A stretch of 63,968 nt of DNA, filler included, from Octopus bimaculoides (GCF_001194135.2; 5 parts of 4 records of this genome joined end to end with filler, not necessarily neighbours in it), one strand, 5' to 3'; counted from the first letter of the whole stretch, positions 1 through 13,250 are shown. A program made the numbers and translations. Notes: a model not told the origin generated them from the letters alone.

Positions 1-19
1 TATATATATGTATTTGTGT

Positions 20-210
20 GTCTGTGTTTCTCCCCTACAATTGCTTGACAACCGATGTCGGTGTGTTTACGTCCCTATATCTTAGCAGTTCGGCTAAAGA
101 GACCGATAGAATAAGTACTAGGCTTACAAAGAATAAGTCCTGGAGTTGATTTGTTCAAGTAAAGGTGGTGCTCCAGCATGGCTAATCAAATGACTAAAAC
201 AAGTAAAAGA
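20..210 (+). mobile_element. 3' half (tail module) of an abundant tRNA-headed SINE
   Basis: Closely matches 20330-20502 (aaccgatg..ggtgtgtttacgt..ggtgctccagcatggc..aaatgact.aaacaagtaaaaga) and the reverse complement at 7715-7960. Confidence 0.7.
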
Positions 211-639
211 ATATATATGTATGTGTGTGTATGTACGCATGTGTGTATGTATGTTTGTATATATATGCGTATATATAGATTACACACACACATTCACATG
301 CACACTGGGATAACTGACTAAGTAAAACCCCCTCCTTGTAGTAAAACTGAAACCTAGGGTAATGCTTGTCATAAAACAGCACAAACTTTCAAGCTAAAGT
401 TTATTTATATCTACTGAATTCTTTATGACAAAATACAGATATCGCTCAACCATTAAGTACAGTATGCTTTTGTTTTTTTAGTTCAGTGATGGAGGCTGTC
501 ACTGTTCATATTTTGCTCTTAACTCTTTCATAAGTTAGAGTCTTTGAATTGCAATCATACAATTCATGCGTGCGTGTGTGTGTGTGTGTGTTTTGTTTCA
601 AGTTCCCCTAAATAAGAGTAAAAAAATCTAAGGAACATG

Positions 640-1080
640 AGCAGAATGTATTTAAGTAGAAGGGCTGTATGTAAATAACCAAGGCAACATTTGGGATACT
701 TGACTGGTCTGTAGAAGAAATAACACTCCATAAACATTAAAACACACAAGATCCTGACATCAGCTGGAAATTTCCACAGAAACAGTGATATCAACAGGCT
801 CTACCTAAGAAGAGATGAAGAAAATAGAAGCCTGAGATCAATGCAGACAGCCTTCAAATGCGATCATAGAGTCTTTTTGAGACAGCATCTGCTAAACAAC
901 TGCAGCAAAAATAAATACATAAACCTAGTACTGAAAAGCAAAGAGAACATTATCCTATGTGAGCTCCTCAGGAAGCATTTTCTTTCTGACAACCTCCCAT
1001 CATAGAGATCAGCTGCTCTTGCCGATGTGAATATTTCTTTGAAAATCAAAGAGAAAGAGGACAACTTTGATACCTTCAGA
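640..1080 (+). pseudogene. Degenerate non-LTR retrotransposon RT C-terminal fragment, R4/Dong-like
   Basis: Manual translation gives FGILDWSVEEI then, after a frameshift, KILTSAGNFHRNSDINRLYLRRDEENRSL. This resembles the HPKSDxxRLYLPRxxGGRGL motif of RLE-type LINE RTs. Stops and frameshifts are present. Confidence 0.6.
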
Positions 1081-2593
1081 TTATAAATTCAAAATTATAA
1101 ATTCACATTTAGACAAATAATAATTATTATTATCATTGGTGGACCTGGTTTTGTAAGAAAATGTCTAAGTGAAATCTGGAGAGTATGACAGAGGAACATG
1201 AGCAGACATCTTGCTTAAGAGGTGAATACATAGCTTCTGGAAAGAGAAAGGGAGATGTGAGGTCAAGGTAGAAGGTGAATATGAGAGAGAGAGTATAGGG
1301 ATAGAGGAACAGGAAAGATAGGTGGGTAGGTAAGTGCACTAGATTGAAAAGAGTATGACAGATGATAAAAGATGGGGATTGTGGTGGATGTTGTCTCAGC
1401 TACCAAAGTCACCTCACAAAGCATTGAAAAACCCAGGCTATAGAAGACTCTTGCCCAAAATTACACGTTGTGTGACTGAACAGAAGAACCACATGGTTTT
1501 GAGGCAAACTTCTTAACTGCACATCCATACCTAAAGAAATTATCAAGAAAAAAAAAATTTGCTCAAAGCACATAATGATGAAAATAACTAAATTAAGCAG
1601 AAAATCAGAAAATGTGATACAACAGCATAGAAAAGTTTCAGAAATTCATAGTTGTGCCTCAGCATGATTTGGACCATAATGTATGAAATCAAATGAAAAA
1701 CTATAATAAAAGTTGCAAGAACTGCTTTACACTAATGTTATTTTCAGAAAGTAATTTTTTAGTTCTCTGTCTAATTTGTTATAACCATCATGGCTAAGAC
1801 CATGTTGGAATAAAGGATCCTCCTTTATGTTTATTATCATTTGGGGTGGCAGCCTAATTATATATATGTAAAAATACTTCAGTAAATTCTTTACCATTTC
1901 ATGATATCTTTAATATTCCTATATCTCTTATATTTCTTTTCCTTTTTATCATTCTTTCTTTTTTATCAAGAATGTTCTGGAAAATAGCTTAGACTAAGAA
2001 TGTATTTTATATAGTTTTTCTCTATTTTACTGTATTTGCAATCAATTTCATTTTTTTTCTTCCTTTTTCTTATTTCTGTATACTGCTCAGTTATATATTC
2101 TTTTATATTAAAAGGTTCATATTGTAGTATATATTACAGGTCTATTAGCTATGGTTTGTTTCAGTACCATGCTGTACTAAAGAATATACCTATAGATTTT
2201 TAGCCAACACTGTTTGTAATAGCTGTAAATATCTTGTAAGTAATATATTGCACATAGACATAAGGCATTTACATCTAACTACATACAGTAGTGACTAAAA
2301 ATTCTCTACACGTAGTATGCTACACATAGCTGTAAAATATATATATTTGTATTTGTAATTATATATTAATAATGTATCTCTCTATCTATAGAGAAATGGC
2401 AAATTTAAATGAAAAGTCTTTTTAAAAGTGTTTCATTTAAATTTGCCAAAATTCGTTATCCATATTTACAGTTGAAAAGATCTCAAGGATCGAAACCGGT
2501 ACTGAAATGTTTTTTATAAAAGTATTTTAGCATTTTCTACCTTAACTTTTTTTTCCATATATATATCTACTCGTGTGTTCCTCTTCAACCTTT

Positions 2594-2627
<34 letters not shown>

Positions 2628-2726
2628 NNNNNNNNNNNNNNNNNNNNNNNNNNNNNNNNNNNNNNNNNNNNNNNNNNNNNNNNNNNNNNNNNNNNNNNNN
2701 NNNNNNNNNNNNNNNNNNNNNNNNNN

Positions 2727-3071
2727 TTTGAGCGTGGCCGTTGCCAGTACCGCCTGACTGGCTCCCGTAGGATTTTCGAGCGAGATTGTTGCCAGTGCCC
2801 CTGGACTGGCTCTTGTGCAGGTGGCACATGAGATGCACCATTTTTGAGCGTGGCCGTTGCCAGTATCGCCTGACTGGCCTTCGTGCAGGTGACATGTAAA
2901 AGCACCTACTACACTCTCTGAGTGGTTGGCGTTAGGAAGGGCATCCAGCTGTAGAAATTCTGCCAAATTTAGATTGGAGCCTGGTGTTGCCATCCGGTTT
3001 CACCAGTCCTCAGTCAAGTCGTCCAACCCATGCTAGCATGGAAAGCGGACGTTAAACGATGATGATGATGA
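2727..3071 (+). mobile_element. SINE-like dispersed repeat with hairpin modules and (GAT)n tail
   Basis: Nearly identical to 3921-4199. Ends catgctagcatggaaagcggacgttaaacgatgatgatgat. Related copies at 57430-57663 (+) and 60187-60332 (-). Confidence 0.8.
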
Positions 3072-3920
3072 TATATATATATAGTATGATTATCTACCTG
3101 TCTATCAACTCTAAACAAAGAAAGTGCAATTTGAAATGTTTACTTAGTTCATGAAAATGAGTGAGTACTAATTAGCCCTGGATGTTTACTCCTACAATGG
3201 ACTAATGTCCCATTCAGAGCAAAGTCTTATACTCTCAGCCTAAATACCTCAAAAATCCATATGAGCCCCAACCTCATGAGTTTGTATGCTCAAGGCAGAC
3301 TTTTTTGTCTACTTAGGTAATATTTGGTAATACTTTGTAGTGTGTGCAAAAGCTTTCTCCATTTACTGATGGATTACTGATGGAACAAAAAACATGTTGA
3401 AAGCTGATATTCATACTTGCTGATAAAAATAATATTAGTTTACATGAGTCAACAAGGGGGCGTCTTGACTTTTATTTTTAATGATTTTGTATTGATGATG
3501 AGGTTGTTTCATATGGCCCCTAAAAACCATTTTAAGACTGGGGAGTCTGATGATGTTTATGTTTCTTTTGAGCAGTTGCAAGTTGACAATTACAGGAAAA
3601 ACATAAACAGGAAAAGATTTCCAGGAGATTGATATTCTGGATCAGAAAGACTAGACAAGATGGCTTGTGTGAAGCCTGAGTGGTTGAACACAATGTGGAG
3701 GATGAAAAGAGAAGGGAAGGAAAAGAGTCGATTAGAGGTAGCCATACCTGAGAGACCGATACAACTATTGTAGTAGTGTTAGAAGAGTAAGTGAGAGAAG
3801 ATAGTAAGTCTGTTGACGAGATGATAGAATGTACTGATGAGAAATGTCATGCCATTGAGTCAAATGGTTTTTCTCTGATTGCTCTCTAGGATGATTGTGT
3901 TTGTAAAATAGCAACACCAT

Positions 3921-4199
3921 GGCTCCAGTGCCCCTGGACTGGCTTGTGCGGGTGGCACATAAAAAACACCATTTCGAGCGTGGCCGTTGCCAGTATCGCC
4001 TGACTGGCCTTCGTGCAGGTGACACGTAAAAGCACCTACTACACTCTCTGATTGGTTGGCGTTAGGAAGGGCATCCAGCTGTAGAAACTCTGCCAAATTT
4101 AGATTGGAGCCTGGTGTTGCCATCCGGTTTCACCAGTCCTCAGTCAAGTCGTCCAACCCATGCTAGCATGGAAAGCGGACGTTAAACGATGATGATGAT
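3921..4199 (+). mobile_element. Second copy of the (GAT)n-tailed SINE-like repeat
   Basis: Only a few substitutions relative to 2845-3071. Confidence 0.8.
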
Positions 4200-4989
4200 C
4201 CCAAATAAGGATGTTATTTCCATTATGGGCTTCACTTGTAGGGTTAGTAGTTATAATGAATTGAAGTATTTTATGGCCCTGAAGAGAAAGGACAGTCTTG
4301 TGATTATCCAAAGAGATTATCAGTGATGTTGAGGCCAAACATTTCTAGTGACCTTGAGGGTTCTTGTTATATGGTGTGTCTGTTTAGGTTGAGGTGAGGG
4401 TATGATAATGTTTTTTTGATTTGTGCAATGATTGTGACTTTGTGCTGATGAAAGAGACAAGATTGGTATGGAGTTTATATAGTGTGTGTCGTAGTATAGT
4501 AATACTGAGTTGTGTTTATGTAGTATGCTATAGTAGAGTGGTGTTTATATAGACTAAGTACTGTGTGGGTTTTATTAGATGGCAACTGTATACACTATTA
4601 ATTATGCATGTTTCTAATGTTATAGTGTATTAGTAATATAAGAGTATATATTTTATTTTATTGGGTGATGAATGTATAAAATGAAAGCACATAGCCTAGT
4701 TTTTAGAGTGCTCTGTTTTTGATCATAATGTCCTTGGCTTAATTCTTGGACAGGGTGGTGTATTGAGTTCTTCATCAGGGTACTTCATTTCATGTGACTC
4801 CCATCTACTCAGATGAAAATGAGTACCAGGTGAATGTTGTTGTGGTCCTCTCTTTCACTTTAGCTGTCACACTCTGGATGTTCCAATGAGTCAAAGGCTT
4901 AGGGAGTCAAGGGAGTGCCTATGTCTGTCCCCAATTTCATAGGTATATAAAACAATTAGTGAACATATGATTCATGTTACTTACCCATA

Positions 4990-5260
4990 CTCATTCATCG
5001 ATCAGGGCTGGTTTATTTAAGGTAGTCTGTGTGATTGATGCTTTCAATGTTTTTGTTTACAGAGTCAATGCAGATTTGGTATGAAGTGTTTTGGTTGCTT
5101 GCATGTAGGTGATGATTGAGCATAGAAGGTTGGGGGGGAATGAAAGTGGCATCATCTACATAAGAGTGGCTGTTGCTGGTGATGAGAAGAAAGTTGTGAT
5201 GTACAGGTAACAGAGTGTAGGGTGTAAAACCCAATATTGGGACATTGAAGCTGATAGAAC
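4990..5260 (-). pseudogene. Degenerate LINE reverse transcriptase fragment (CR1/L2/Jockey-like YADD region)
   Basis: Minus strand reads ..VPILGFTPYTLL..SHSYVDDATFI..INSVNKNIESI.., a decayed GVPQGSILGP / YADD signature. Confidence 0.5.
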
Positions 5261-5548
5261 TTGAGACAGACAGAGCTCCATGATTGCTAAATGCAATAGT
5301 GTAATCTGATATGAAGACTCTTATCTAAGAAACAAAAGCTAGATGGAGTCCATAGACAGATAGCTTACCTAGAAATAACAGTTAAATGTCCTTCATGTCT
5401 CATCTTATCATTATAAAAACAGTACACATTGGATAATGTTATTCTAGATGCATTATAATATCTAAGATACGATAAATGCAAAAGGTATAGTATGATATAA
5501 TAGATATAATAATACATCATAGACATAAGATATACTAGATATAATATG

Positions 5549-5720
5549 GGCACAGGTGTGGCTGTGTGGTAAGAAGTTTGCTTCTCAACCACATGGTCTC
5601 AGATTCAGTCTCACTGCATGACACCTTGGGCAAATGTCTTCTAATATAGCCACAGACCAATAAAAGCCATGGAAGTGGATTTGGTAGACAGAACCTGAAA
5701 GAAGCCATCATATATATGGA
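5549..5720 (+). mobile_element. tRNA-derived SINE head
   Basis: gtggctgtgtggtaag (A-box-like) and g.ttcagtc (B-box-like), followed by the shared body ccttgggcaa.tgtcttct..gtggatttggtagac. Homologous to 19960-20120, 63782-63945 and 9060-9215 (-). Confidence 0.75.
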
Positions 5721-5744
5721 TATGTGTGTACATGTGTATGTATG

Positions 5745-5950
5745 ATAGAGTGCTGAAAAGTTCCTGACTTTGGGTAAAAGAAAATACAGGAGGATCAGTT
5801 AATTATGATTTGATTCAACATATTTCCCCCTCACATTCACACAATTATTGCATCAGTCCTTCAGTTTTCCTAAGCCCTGTAAAAGCCATTGCCAATGAGG
5901 CCTTTCGCAATACCCTTAATGCCAGGAACTTTTCAGCACCCCCTCGTCTA
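5745..5950. mobile_element. Mariner-type MITE
   Basis: Terminal inverted repeats gtgctgaaaagttcctg / caggaacttttcagcac. Related element at 63146-63315. Confidence 0.6.
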
Positions 5951-6240
5951 TGTGTGCATGTGTATTATTGTCTCCTTGCCTTGACCTCATATAATAGTTG
6001 TAAATGAATGTCACTGTCACACAAGTGGTGTCCTTTATTTCTAATCTTCTGCAAAAAAATTCCAGATCATAGGGAATATTACCTTACTTAGAAGCAGATT
6101 AGTGTCAGCAACAGGGAAGGCATGCCTCAACAAATACCATCCAATCCATGCAAACATGAAAAGTTGGACATTAAATGATGATGATGATGATGATGATAGG
6201 ATATAATAGATGTAATAATACATCGTAGATATAATAATTC

Positions 6241-6472
6241 AATAGGGTGGGAAATTCATGACAGAAATGTCATTGGATCATAGGTCAGCTGGTTCAGAAG
6301 CTAAACAACAGCATATTAGTCATTAACTAATATTATTTTCTCTTAATATATTACAGATATAATAATTTAATAGGATTGGAAAGTCATGGCAGGAATGTCA
6401 CTGGATCATAACTCAGCTTGTTCAGGAGCTAAACAACAGCATATTAGTCATCAACCAATACTATTTTCTTTT
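6241..6472. repeat. Diverged tandem duplication, about 128-bp period
   Basis: 6241-6345 and 6369-6472 align, sharing gctaaacaacagcatattagtcat. Confidence 0.7.
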
Positions 6473-7131
6473 TGTCTCATACCTGAGTATAATTTAACTG
6501 TTAATTTTAGTAATTAAATATGCATTGTCACATGTCTAATTATAGTGCACAGGTTGTCCTACACAAATTCAATTAGTCAGCATTTCTCTTGCCTTGTAAA
6601 TAAGCAATTTAATTTGAACATTTTGATTGTTTAATGAGTACACATTCACCTGATCTTTAACCTTATCTCTAAACATAAATCTATAAAACAAAACTGTAAC
6701 AATGGCTGGATATGTGTATAGATGTGTGTGTGAAAGAGAGAGAGAGAGAGAGAAAAAAAACTAGAGAGAAAGGGGGAGAGAGAGAGAGAACTAGAGGGAA
6801 GGGGGTGGGAGTGAAAGAAATAGAGAGAAAGGAGACAGAGAGAGAGAAAGTGTGTGTGTTTGTGCACGTGTGCTAGTGTATTTATGTATGTATATTTAAA
6901 TACATGTATAATTGTATATGAATATTTCTTGTAAAATGTGTAGTCTGAAGACATTTTGAAGTGTCTGTTGTTCATAATAGTGTTAATGTTTTGCAGCTTC
7001 AGCCATACACCAATCTCTTTAAACAGTTTTCTTCTTCTTCATGTGTTATATGTACAAAGATTGGTAATCATAAATATTCACCCCCCTCCCTCCTGTCCAA
7101 CACACAACTTGGCATGCTGTTATGAAAATGG

Positions 7132-7175
<44 letters not shown>

Positions 7176-7714
7176 TATTGTTATTATTGCATGCATATAC
7201 ACACACAAACATGCATGCATGCACACATGCACGTGTGTACACACACATACATACATACATACATACATGGTGATTGCTCCATGTCCACAGACGATTGCTG
7301 TCTCTTTGCACTTCCGCGTCATTGACATTTCTGATTTTCTGTCCATGACCTCTCACATGACTATTCACATGTTGCATCACCTCCATCGCTATAGGACTCT
7401 CAGTAGATGAAATGACAAATGAAGCCACCATAAAGAGACATCTGTACTTCATTACATTATTATAATAAACTCTTATATGACACGAGTACCACTCCCTGAG
7501 TCTCTACAGTGACCAATAATTACGTGAAACTGCAGGTTTTTCATCAGAATGTCCCTCTCCTAGAAGGCTGCTGTGACAACAGCCAGTAGACCCTCAGTCT
7601 TGGTGGGCTGGCTAATTAACTCATTGTTGGGACCCAGGTAGGTACTACTACTTCTGGTCAGAATAGACCCAGGAGTAATAATGACAAAGAGGTGGTTCCA
7701 CACTCCTCAAAACT

Positions 7715-7960
7715 GCATTCTTTTACTCTTTTATTTGTTTCTGTGATGAGACTGGCCATGCTGGTGCACCATCCTGAAGGGTTTTAGTCGAAAGAATTGA
7801 CTCAAGTACTTTTATTTTTCTTAAGCCCGGTACTTATTCTGTTGGTCTTTTTTGCTGAACCACTAAGTTACAGGGACATAAACACACCAACACTGGTTGT
7901 CAAGAGATGGTGAGGGACAAGTGCAGACACAAATGCACACACATATGCACATATGTATAC
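7715..7960 (-). mobile_element. SINE tail module (reverse orientation)
   Basis: Reverse complement of the 20330-20502 module, ending in a (CA)/(TA) microsatellite. Confidence 0.7.
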
Positions 7961-8866
7961 AAAGTGCAGTGAATAAACTGTTGTCTAAATTATGCAAAAA
8001 TGAAAATAACACTGCTATTTCATTTTAACAGATATATTTACCAAAATCACATAAAAATATTTTGAAATACTAAAGAGTAAATTTATTCAATAAAATCACC
8101 ACTGGCTTCAATCATGGCCTCCAGACTTTGGAATCTCCTGCAACTCTTCTGGACGGTCTCCTTGTTTAAGTTGGTGAATGCTGCCATAATCCTTGCCTTC
8201 AGTTCATCTTTGGTGTTACAAGGAGTTTTGTTGGTCCCTCTCTCAACTGCACCCCACACACAATAATCAAGGGGGTTGCAGTCTGGGGAGTTAGGTGGCC
8301 AGATGTTAGGGGTGGCGTGGTTGCAGAAATTGACTGACAGCCACAACTGGGTTCTCTTGCTTGTGTATCATGGTGCAGAATCCTGTTGCCAGACATAGGG
8401 TCTTCCAGCAGCTAACATCTTGGCTCAGGGCAGCACTACCTCCTCCAGGAACTTGATACAGGCCTCCGTGTTGAGTTTGAGGCTGTGTGTGAAGATGAAT
8501 GGAGGCATAACATCACTATCACTAGCAATCACTCCAAACACCATGGTGTTGACTAGATGTTTGATTTTTATCACTCTCAATATATGTCCACAGACTGACA
8601 CCCAAACATCATTATTATCATCATCATCGTTTAGCGTCCGCTTTCCAACTCTGAGATATTCATATTGGAGCTTCTGGCGCAAATGCCAAGTAGTACAGCA
8701 TATCGTTTCCAAATTCCTGGCAGAATGAATTGCATCATTGTGCTGTTTTTCTCACAGACCGTGCCCAACTTACCCCACTATACTGTGTAGTTGACAAAAT
8801 CAAAAACAAACAATGAACATGCATGCAATTGAAAATATAAAACATCGACAAATTACCCGTTGCGCC

Positions 8867-8870
<4 letters not shown>
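7958..8870 (-). mobile_element. Internally deleted Tc1/mariner (maT/DD37D-like) transposon relic
   Basis: ORF fragments WPPNSPDCNPLDYCVWGAVE and MVFGVIASDSDVMPPFIF..LNTEACIKFLEEVVLP. Weak TA-flanked terminal similarity (taca..gtgca). A SINE-tail fragment is inserted at about 8610-8650. Confidence 0.75.
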
Positions 8871-8897
<27 letters not shown>

Positions 8898-8909
8898 NNN
8901 NNNNNNNTA

Positions 8910-8939
<30 letters not shown>

Positions 8940-8954
<15 letters not shown>

Positions 8955-9215
8955 CAACACTGGTTGTCAATCAATGGTGGGGAACAAACACAAACACAAA
9001 CACACACACACACATATGCACACACACACACGCACACACACACACACGCATATATATGACAAGCTTCTTTTAGTTTCTGTCTCCCAAATCAACTCAGAAG
9101 GTCTTGGTTGGTCCGAGGCTATTGTAGAAGACACTTGCCTGAAGTGCTATGCTGTGGGACTGAACCCAACACCAAGTGGTTAAGAAGCAAGCTTCTTACC
9201 ACGCAGCCACTCCAT
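8940..9215 (-). mobile_element. tRNA-headed SINE with internal (CA)n
   Basis: Reverse complement of head (cttaccacgcagccac at about 9195) plus microsatellite plus tail piece. Confidence 0.65.
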
Positions 9216-9504
9216 CCTAGATAAAGGTACAAGGAAAAGAAAAAAAGAGAAAATTTGAGTGGATCCAACCTGGAGCTAAACAACAATAACAAGTACAACA
9301 ATTGTTTCTGATTTGGGTACAAAACCAGTAATTTTGTAGGAAGGCATTAGTCAATTTACATTAATTCCATACTAAGTTGTCACTTTAATTTATTGACCCT
9401 GAAAGGATGAATGGAAAAGTTGAACCACAGTGGGATTTGAACTCAGAACATAAATAAAAGTAGAACAAATCCCCATAAAGTATTTTCGTCAACACTCTAA
9501 TGTT

Positions 9505-10430
9505 TCTCCCAAGCCTACATTCTGAGTTCAAATTCAGCTGAGGTAGAGTTTGCATTTCACCCTTTCAGAGTTGATAAAATTAAGCACTAGTTGAGCACTG
9601 AGGTTGATGTAATTAAATAGACCCCACCACCATCATCCCCTGCATCCCCTAAAATTTCAGGTCTTCATCCTCATCATCGTTTAACGTCCGCTTTCCATGC
9701 TAGCATGGAAAGCGGACGTTAAACGACGACGATGATGAAGACCTGAAATTTTAGGGGATGCAGGGGATGATGGTGGTGGGGTCTATTTAATTACATCAAC
9801 CTCAGTGCTCAACTAGTGCTTAATTTTATCAACTCTGAAAGGGTGAATNNNNNNNNNNNNNNNNNNNNNNNNNNNNNNNNNNNNNNNNNNNNNNNNNNNN
9901 NNNNNNNNNNNNNNNNNNNNNNNNNNNNNNNNNNNNNNNNNNNNNNNNNNNNNNNNNNNNNNNNNNNNNNNNNNNNNNNNNNNNNNNNNNNNNNNNNNNN
10001 NNNNNNNNNNNNNNNNNNNNNNNNNNNNNNNNNNNNNNNNNNNNNNNNNNNNNNNNNNNNNNNNNNNNNNNNNNNNNNNNNNNNNNNNNNNNNNNNNNTT
10101 TCACCCTTTCAGAGTTGATAAAATTAAGCACTAGTTGAGCACTGAGGTTGATGTAATTAAATAGACCCCACCACCATCATCCCCTGCATCCCCTAAAATT
10201 TCAGGTCTTCATCCTCATCATCGTTTAACGTCCGCTTTCCATGCTAGCATGGAAAGCGGACGTTAAACGACGACGATGATGAAGACCTGAAATTTTAGGG
10301 GATGCAGGGGATGATGGTGGTGGGGTCTATTTAATTACATCAACCTCAGTGCTCAACTAGTGCTTAATTTTATCAACTCTGAAAGGGTGAATACAAATTC
10401 TACCTCAGCTGAATTTGAACTCAGAATGTA
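9505..10430. repeat. Large fold-back palindrome duplicated on both sides of an N gap
   Basis: 9557-9848 and 10099-10392 are the same ~290-bp palindrome centred on ccatgctagcatgg. The outer SINE flanks are also inverted relative to each other. Confidence 0.85.
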
Positions 10431-10764
10431 AAAGTGGACGAAATACCACTAAGACATTTTGCTCAGCATGTTAATGATTCTGCCAGCTCACCACCTTACC
10501 ACTCTTAACAATAATAATAGTAACAACCACTATACCAAGCTATTTTCATGAAGAACACCAACATTTGAAAAGCCTACTTGTATATATGTGGTTACAATAG
10601 GTTAGTCAAAGCAATGGCTTGAGTGGCTATAAACAGAAAAGACATACGTAAATCACCCAGCTAGTGTTTAGTGGCAAACCGAGACAAAGTATTTTCACAA
10701 ACTTTGTCAACATGATCTGAATATCAACTTCATTCATTGAATCATTGAATATAATAGAGAAAAG

Positions 10765-10826
<62 letters not shown>

Positions 10827-12257
10827 NNNNNNNNNNNNNNNNNNNNNNNNNNNNNNNNNNNNNNNNNNNNNNNNNNNNNNNNNNNNNNNNNNNNNNNNNN
10901 NNNNNNNNNNNNNNNNNNNNNNNNNNNNNNNNNNNNNNNNNNNNNNNNNNNNNNNNNNNNNNNNNNNNNNNNNNNNNNNNNNNNNNNNNNNNNNNNNNNN
11001 NNNNNNNNNNNNNNNNNNNNNNNNNNNNNNNNNNNNNNNNNNNNNNNNNNNNNNNNNNNNNNNNNNNNNNNNNNNNNNNNNNNNNNNNNNNNNNNNNNNN
11101 NNNNNNNNNNNNNNNNNNNNNNNNNNNNNNNNNNNNNNNNNNNNNNNNNNNNNNNNNNNNNNNNNNNNNNNNNNNNNNNNNNNNNNNNNNNNNNNNNNNN
11201 NNNNNNNNNNNNNNNNNNNNNNNNNNNNNNNNNNNNNNNNNNNNNNNNNNNNNNNNNNNNNNNNNNNNNNNNNNNNNNNNNNNNNNNNNNNNNNNNNNNN
11301 NNNNNNNNNNNNNNNNNNNNNNNNNNNNNNNNNNNNNCACCACCACCACCACCACCACCTCTACTCAGCAAGTGGTCCTCATCCTTTCCATGGTTGTCCA
11401 ATGTTTCAGAAATAGCATCCAGATCTCTCTAACATTCAAACTTTTCATCATAGGAAAAGAAAAACATATTGAAGAATGTAATTCTAGCTTCAGAGCATCG
11501 AAGTGGAGTGCACGATCTATGAGAGTTGGGTGCAAGACTTAGAAGAAGAATGTACAAGACCCTTTGAAAGTAGTTGTAAGATATACATTATACTCAGGAC
11601 CATAAATTAGGATTTTAGAAAATGATTGTACATATTAAAATGGAGAGTAGCTTTCACATTTTGAAAAAAAGGCTCATGTAAAAAACTTTATAACCCCAGA
11701 TAAAACTTTTTTTTTGTATCGTTGCATCTGGTGTCCACTGCATCTGGTGTAAAAAATATATAAAAGACAAACAGATCATGGTGATAACATCTTTGATCAT
11801 AAGTCTGTTCAATCAACTACTGACATGGTGCAAAGCAACAATGATAAAAACAACAACAAAAAAATGACAGCTACATACATTAAAACAGAAAAGAAGAACC
11901 TCTTTTGTTTGCAATTTTTGTAAGTTAACAATGTAGTAGCCAGCAGATTTTCAGTACCGGAGATATTCCACCAACCACAAATGTTTATCATGTCACTACT
12001 TCTCTCCACTACTTCCTACTACACATCTCATTTACTTAGCTACTCATATTTTATTTGTTTTGCTTAACTATGAATAAGTCTCCTGTTATTCTTCTTTTCT
12101 ATATGCCACTGTCATACTTTCTTTCTTATAGTTATTTGCAAATTGTTCCGTCCTTGGATGTCGCATCTACTTAATGTCTGTTGAGGATGACATACTTTCT
12201 GAACAATTATACATCATTCCTGGTTGTAAAAACGTCACACACAGACATATACACATG

Positions 12258-12324
<67 letters not shown>

Positions 12325-13109
12325 CATGTATGAGTACATATGTGTATATGTCTCTATATGTTTATGTATGTACATATATGTATGTATGCATACATATATA
12401 TGTGTGTATATCTTATTAAGAATATTCTCTCTTGAGGCTCATCACATAAAGCTATAAATAAAAGCATGTTGAAAATCCCTTTTGAATCGGAAAAGTTGAA
12501 GACTACCCATGGAACTCAAACCCACATCTATCAATCTGATGGGCATTCTACCACGAGACCAATGCAATTCTTTGAATTTCTCAATCTATTTTAGAAACTC
12601 TATTTTTGCCAGCAAACATTGTATGTTATTGATATCATGGGCAGCCTTCAACATTTTCTATACAAAAGGGTTTTTCAACTTAATATTTACATGTTATTAC
12701 TTATAATATTATGTAATGTGCCTTGAGGGCCAATACTCCACAAAAGGATTTATTACTTCCAAAAAAACAATTATTTCATGTTCTTCCAAAAGTTTATAAA
12801 TTCTTATGATGTCAATACAATTCTTGCAAGCAAGAAAAAAGTTCCTAAAATGAAATAGAGGAATTTGAAAGATTGCTTTGGTCCAATGGTAAAGCACCTC
12901 TCATGTCTACAGGGGATGTGGGTTGGAATTCCAAGGGCAGCCTTTGACTTTTTCTATCCAAAAGGAGATTTGCAACCCAATATTTATGTGCTACTATTTC
13001 ATAATTTCCTGCCCAAAGAAAAAGAATTATTTCATATTCACTTAAAAGTTTATAAATTCATAGGGCAGCAAGGCCGCAGCCTCAAGGCTGAAATATATAA
13101 AAGAATAAA

Positions 13110-13150
<41 letters not shown>

Positions 13151-13194
13151 NNNNNNNNNNNNNNNNNNNNNNNNNNNNNNNNNNNNNNNNNNNN

Positions 13195-13206
13195 TTAATT
13201 AATTAA
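13195..13206. other. Artificial scaffold-join linker TTAATTAATTAA inside N44..N44 (also 35154-35165, 60580-60591, 62802-62813)
   Basis: Identical 100-bp N44-TTAATTAATTAA-N44 block occurs four times. The 12-mer places stops in all six frames. Confidence 0.95.
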
Positions 13207-13250
13207 NNNNNNNNNNNNNNNNNNNNNNNNNNNNNNNNNNNNNNNNNNNN

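Noticed and set aside
10627-11542. Long ORFs of 200-320 aa in the ORF track (also 30347-31186, 44992-45645, 47769-48731)
   Set aside because: Length comes from N runs and dinucleotide repeats. Only the piggyBac-derived flanks are meaningful.
11360-11545. Short purine-rich open stretch beside a gap
   Set aside because: No recognisable motif or splice support; left unassigned.
13151-13250. Repeated TTAATTAATTAA motif, superficially a piggyBac TTAA site or regulatory palindrome
   Set aside because: Always embedded in an exact N44..N44 100-bp block (four times), so it is an artificial scaffolding linker.
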